Made by a program: the position numbers and the translations under genes. This document shows positions 59,704 through 64,000 of a stretch of DNA of 64,000 nt, piece after piece. Position 1 is the stretch's first letter, and every line of letters begins with the position of its first letter. The notes beneath the pieces are model-generated. The model made no database searches, was not told the origin of the DNA, and saw nothing but the letters and a program-made list of their open reading frames with translations. The stretch is from positions 896,001 to 960,000 of the forward strand of contig OZ250172.1 of assembly GCA_965237905.1 (NCBI GenBank), given 5' to 3'. This stretch comes from Nitrospinaceae bacterium. GTDB taxonomy: Bacteria; Nitrospinota; Nitrospinia; Nitrospinales; Nitrospinaceae.

Positions 59704-61464
59704 ATGATCCATGCACAGGAACAATACCAATTGGGAGGGCGGGCTGTGGCCTGCCTCCTGCTGGCAGGGTTGGCGGACTTTCTATTTTATATGGAAGGAA
59801 TGGGGTGGGCCGTCGGCATCTACACCTTCATCATTTCATGGGCACTGTTATTTTTTAATCCCGGCTTGGCCCATACCAAGCCCGGCAAGGTAATTATTGC
59901 AATTAACTGTGTTTTGGTGCTTGCGCTCGTTGAAAATCCCAGTGGGTTAACTATTTCTCTAAGTTTTTTAGGAATTACCAGTATTGCCCTGTTGAGTCAT
60001 CCGGGCTGGACCCATAACGCCGGGCTCTGGTTAAGAGGGATCTTCGACTTCTGGACCCAAAATGTCTTCCGGGTTATCGACGACGCCAAACTTCTTAAAA
60101 ACCTGTTTCAAGAAAAGGACAACCCAAATCGGTCGGGCATTCAATTAAGGAATTGGATATTGCCGCTGGGCCTGTCTCTGGTATTTGTCACTCTTTTTGC
60201 GGGGGCCAACCCGATATTGATCCGCTGGCTGGATTTGATCAACTGGAATTGGATCGCTGATTTATTTACGTTCGAACGAATCCTGTTGTGGTCGCTGGTG
60301 ATCATTTTGTGTTGGCCTCTGCTCCAACCTAGATTCTGGTTGAAACAAAACCGCATGGGGGAAACGGACTCCCAGGAAATCAGAAATCTCTTTCACTTCT
60401 TATTTTCGAAGAAATCATTTTTTTCCTTACTGATTCTTTTTAATTTAATCGGGCTATCTCTATTTTTTCTAATTCTTTTTGCCATCATTAACCCGATGAT
60501 GATCGATTGGATATTGACCGCTGAACTCTTTGCTCCCAAGCAAATCCCTTTGTGGTCGTTGGTCATCATTTTATCCTGGCTCCTCCTCCGGTCAAAACTC
60601 CGGCTGAAACAAGAACCCATACAGAAAAGAGGCTTCAAGGATGTAAAAACATTGATTCACTTTTTATTTTCGAAGGAATCCATTCTTTACTCGCTGATTC
60701 TTTTCAACCTCCTGTTTTCGGTACAAACCTCCATGGACCTGATCTACCTGTGGGGAGGAATGGCATTGCCTGAGGGAATGTCTTATTCAGAATACGCTCA
60801 TCGGGGAGCTTATCCTTTAATCGCCACCGCCCTGCTCGCAGGCGCTTTTGTGTTGGTGGCTCTGCGTCCGGGAAGCGCAACGGAAGGAATACGATCTATC
60901 CGGTATCTGGTCTATTTCTGGATTGGGCAAACCGTATTCCTGGTCCTTTCCTCGATTTGGAGAACAACCTTATATATAGAAGAGTATTCCCTAACCTATC
61001 TGCGCCTGGCGGCACTGATATGGATGGGATTAGTCGCGCTGGGTCTGGTCCTGCTTGTCCTGCGAATCCTCTGGACCCGATCCAATATCTGGCTCATCAA
61101 TGTCAACGGGCTCACTCTTCTTACGGTTTTAATGCTGTGCGCCTTCATCAATCTTGGAGGCGTGATCGCACAATTCAATGTCGAGCATTGCAAAGAAGTG
61201 AGGGGCAAGGGGCCGGTGCTGGACTTGAAATACCTGCGGGAAATCGGCACCGCATCCCTGCCTGCACTCGATTGGTTTCAACAGCATGGCCGTCGATATA
61301 ATTACAAAATGTTGCGGGCTGGGAATCTGGAAAGGAACTTGCGAAATACTTTAAGAAGGGAGCTGAGGGAGTGGCGGACCTGGACATTCAGGAGCTACCG
61401 GTTGTCCCGGAATTCAGGCACTGGAAGCAAATTAAGTACATCCCCGGTTCTTCCGGCTGGATGA
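59704..61464 (+). CDS. DUF4153/DUF4173-family membrane protein
   Basis: LFAGANPI, YSEYAHRGAYPL, LYIEEYSLTYLR, IAQFNV; contains an internal duplication. Confidence 0.85.
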   Translation: MIHAQEQYQLGGRAVACLLLAGLADFLFYMEGMGWAVGIYTFIISWALLFFNPGLAHTKPGKVIIAINCVLVLALVENPSGLTISLSFLGITSIALLSHPGWTHNAGLWLRGIFDFWTQNVFRVIDDAKLLKNLFQEKDNPNRSGIQLRNWILPLGLSLVFVTLFAGANPILIRWLDLINWNWIADLFTFERILLWSLVIILCWPLLQPRFWLKQNRMGETDSQEIRNLFHFLFSKKSFFSLLILFNLIGLSLFFLILFAIINPMMIDWILTAELFAPKQIPLWSLVIILSWLLLRSKLRLKQEPIQKRGFKDVKTLIHFLFSKESILYSLILFNLLFSVQTSMDLIYLWGGMALPEGMSYSEYAHRGAYPLIATALLAGAFVLVALRPGSATEGIRSIRYLVYFWIGQTVFLVLSSIWRTTLYIEEYSLTYLRLAALIWMGLVALGLVLLVLRILWTRSNIWLINVNGLTLLTVLMLCAFINLGGVIAQFNVEHCKEVRGKGPVLDLKYLREIGTASLPALDWFQQHGRRYNYKMLRAGNLERNLRNTLRRELREWRTWTFRSYRLSRNSGTGSKLSTSPVLPAG

Positions 61465-61562
61465 TTGCTCCGGACAAAAATGAACTGCGGTAGCGAAGCA
61501 TTGTGTTACCATAATTTAATATAGGAATAAAACTCATGATGTTACTAACAAGGCTTGATCTT

Positions 61563-62261
61563 ATGGCAAGAACGATTCTTGTAGTGGATGACGATCCTCA
61601 TATCCGGGAAGTGATTACCTACGCTTTGGAACAAGCAGGGATGACACCGGTGGAGGCCGTAAACGGACAGAAAGCGTTGGATATTGTCGATCAGGAAAAC
61701 CCGGCACTGATCATCCTGGATATCAACATGCCGGAGGTGGACGGCTTTCAGTTTTGCAAGGAAATCCGCAAAACCTCCGACGTGCCGATTTTGTTTCTCT
61801 CATCGAGAGACGAGGAAATCGACCGGGTGGTCGGCCTGGAAATCGGCGGCGACGATTACGTTTCCAAACCGTTCAGCCCACGAGAGCTGATGGCCCGGGT
61901 CAATGCTATCTTGAAACGGGTACAGGCGGCTCAAACCCGCTTGCATAAAGATTCACCCCAAGTGCTGGAGCACGGCCTGCTCATCCTCGAGCCCGAAAAA
62001 CATCGGATCACATGGAACGAAAAAACTGTGGAATTGACGGCGCGAGAGTTCGCCATTCTCCAGGCTTTCTTGGCGTATCCGGAAATTGTTTTTGACCGCG
62101 ACCGGATTATCGAACACTCCTGCGAAACCAACTCTTTTATCAGCGACCGGACCGTGGACAGCCATGTCCGTCATATACGCAGTAAATTTTCGGAACTGGG
62201 CTGTGACTCCGTCATCGAGACGGTTCATGGGGTGGGTTATAAATTAGGGTCATGCCGGTGA
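61563..62261 (+). CDS. OmpR-family response regulator (CreB/ChvI-like)
   Basis: ILVVDDD, LDINMP, GGDDYVSKPF, DRTVDSHVRHIR, TVHGVGY. Confidence 0.95.
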   Translation: MARTILVVDDDPHIREVITYALEQAGMTPVEAVNGQKALDIVDQENPALIILDINMPEVDGFQFCKEIRKTSDVPILFLSSRDEEIDRVVGLEIGGDDYVSKPFSPRELMARVNAILKRVQAAQTRLHKDSPQVLEHGLLILEPEKHRITWNEKTVELTAREFAILQAFLAYPEIVFDRDRIIEHSCETNSFISDRTVDSHVRHIRSKFSELGCDSVIETVHGVGYKLGSCR

Positions 62262-63847
62262 ATCCCCCGCACAAAAAAAGAAAATACCGTCTTCGCACCA
62301 TCCTTCTGGTGGTCAACCTCACCGTACTGATCCTTCCTCTCGGAAGCATCTTTTTCTTCAGAATATTTGAAAACCTCCTGGTCCGGCAAACGGAGCTGGA
62401 ACTGATTTCACAGGCCGCGGTCATCTCCTCCATGTATAAAAATCAAATCGTCCATTCGATGTTTGACCCGGATAGCTACGGCAAACCGTTGCCGGAATCC
62501 GCCCTTCCACCCGAGGATGAAAAATACACGCCGGTTCTGCCAGAGCTAGATTTGTCCGAGGACCCGGTACGGCCTCCCCGGCCGGATGGTGTGGAGCCGG
62601 AACCCGATTTCGGTATAGATCCAGTCGTCGGTGCCATCGGCAAAAACTTATCGTCCATTCTTCTCGATACGAAAATGACCACTCTATCAGCGATTAAGAT
62701 CCTGGATTATCATGGGAACGCAGTGGCGGGACAATCGGAGATCGGACTTTTATTTTCCCATGTGGAGGAAATCCGCTCGGCTTTGGAGGGTCGATACAAA
62801 AGCGTGCTCCGCGAAAGGATATCCGACGAACCGCTTCCCCCCATTGCTTCGATCAGCCGTGGAACCAGCATCCGGGTGTTCATCGCTTTTCCGGTCATTC
62901 ACGAAAACCGACTGTGGGGCGTGGTTTATATCTCTCGGACACCTAAAAATATTCTTAAAAACCTTTATGCGCAAAAAGGGAAAGTGATTCTGGCCAGTTT
63001 GTCCATTATAGGGCTGACCCTGCTTCTGGTCTATTTCACATCGCGCACCATTTCACGGCCCGTTTACCAGTTGATCAAACAAACCCAAGGCGCTTCGGAA
63101 GGAAATATCACGGCCATGCAACCGCTCGACGACCCGGTCACCGAAGAAATGGAGTTGCTCTCCAAAAGCTTCTCCCAAATGGCCCTCTCCCTGCACGAGC
63201 GGTCGGAATATATTCGGGAATTTGCCACCTACGTTTCCCATGAGTTCAAAACTCCGCTGACAGCCATCCAGGGAGCCAGCGAACTACTACTCGAACACTA
63301 TGAAGAAATGTCGCCTGATAAAAGAAGGAAATTTATTGAGAACATGCTGCAGGATTCTGACCGGCTCAAACTCCTTGTCGCACGACTTCTGGAATTGGCT
63401 AAAGCAGAAAACCTCACCCCCTCCAAGGAAACTGCCAACCTTTCGGATATCTTAAACAAATTGAAAAACAATTTCGCTTCCCAGGGCCTGGACATTGAAA
63501 TCAAATCTCAACCCAACTATCAAATCAAGATTTCGGCGGAAATTCTCGAAACAGCGCTTTCCAACCTGGTGACCAACAGCCTGCAACACGAGGCTACCCG
63601 GGTTGAACTGGACGTAATAAAAAAGGATCACGAAGTGATCCTGAACATGCGGGATAATGGCCGAGGCATTCCTCCGGCAAACCGGGATAAAATTTTTACT
63701 CCCTTCTTTACCACCAACCGGGAAAAAGGAGGGACCGGTCTGGGACTCCGTATCGTTCAAACCATGATCGAATCCCATTCCGGGAAAATCGACCTGGGCG
63801 AAACCCAAAAAGGAACCCTATTCACCCTTCAGTTCCCCTTGGTTTAG
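62252..63847 (+). CDS. Membrane sensor histidine kinase (HAMP; CreC-like)
   Basis: Two TM segments; VSHEFKTPL; DNGRGI; FTPFFTT; GTGLGL. Confidence 0.94.
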   Translation: MPVNPPHKKRKYRLRTILLVVNLTVLILPLGSIFFFRIFENLLVRQTELELISQAAVISSMYKNQIVHSMFDPDSYGKPLPESALPPEDEKYTPVLPELDLSEDPVRPPRPDGVEPEPDFGIDPVVGAIGKNLSSILLDTKMTTLSAIKILDYHGNAVAGQSEIGLLFSHVEEIRSALEGRYKSVLRERISDEPLPPIASISRGTSIRVFIAFPVIHENRLWGVVYISRTPKNILKNLYAQKGKVILASLSIIGLTLLLVYFTSRTISRPVYQLIKQTQGASEGNITAMQPLDDPVTEEMELLSKSFSQMALSLHERSEYIREFATYVSHEFKTPLTAIQGASELLLEHYEEMSPDKRRKFIENMLQDSDRLKLLVARLLELAKAENLTPSKETANLSDILNKLKNNFASQGLDIEIKSQPNYQIKISAEILETALSNLVTNSLQHEATRVELDVIKKDHEVILNMRDNGRGIPPANRDKIFTPFFTTNREKGGTGLGLRIVQTMIESHSGKIDLGETQKGTLFTLQFPLV

Positions 63848-63869
63848 TTTCGGTGTTTGGGCAAATGAG

Positions 63870-63897
63870 AAGGGCTCGGGAAACACCCCAAGCCCTT
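63870..63897. terminator. Hairpin between convergent genes
   Basis: AAGGGCT...AGCCCTT stem that pairs fully (with G-U) on the minus strand. Confidence 0.55.
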
Positions 63898-63918
63898 ATA
63901 ATTGACTTTAATTTAAAT

Positions 63919-64000
63919 TTAGCTGGTATATCGACCATTCCAATTGATTCTGGAATCACTCTGGCCGTTAGTGTCATCCAGGCTCAAGCCGGCCAGCTGG
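63919..64000 (-). CDS. Partial CDS (3' end; enters from the right edge)
   Basis: ...QLAGLSLDDTNGQSDSRINWNGRYTS-stop, followed by the hairpin. Confidence 0.45.
   Translation of the reverse strand, partial: QLAGLSLDDTNGQSDSRINWNGRYTS

Overview
Gene-dense bacterial chromosomal window of about 60 CDS. I saw no rRNA, tRNA, CRISPR array, integrase or transposase. The gene content and style resemble a Nitrospina-like or deltaproteobacterial organism; this is unverified inference. The left third is mostly housekeeping (def, hup, rplU-rpmA-obgE, aroK, coaX), mixed with a diheme lipoprotein, a 1007-aa zinc-ribbon/acidic/FliL-like protein, three 27-aa-repeat LRR proteins and a Sel1-repeat protein. The middle holds an HDOD/histidine-kinase module, SDR enzymes, a YdeP-type molybdoenzyme and a duplicated MMPL + LolA-like export module with one outer-membrane barrel and visible TetR operators. 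The right half is an accessory patchwork: a G-tract-frameshifted hydrolase lipoprotein, an FHA + protease pair, a three-gene operon with a TIR-like/TPR protein, a YndJ operon, a Tes-like radical SAM operon, gdhA, a DedA-flavoprotein fusion, rtcB and an exosortase/VIT-vWA-PEP-CTERM/DUF4173/two-component locus. Best candidates for undescribed biology: (1) a Cys-less TusA-fold gene followed by a structured RNA displaying anti-Shine-Dalgarno CCUCCUC motifs; (2) the TIR-TPR operon; (3) the Tes-like radical SAM operon; (4) the exosortase locus with phased 11-bp repeats upstream. All family calls come from motif recognition by eye, not database searches.
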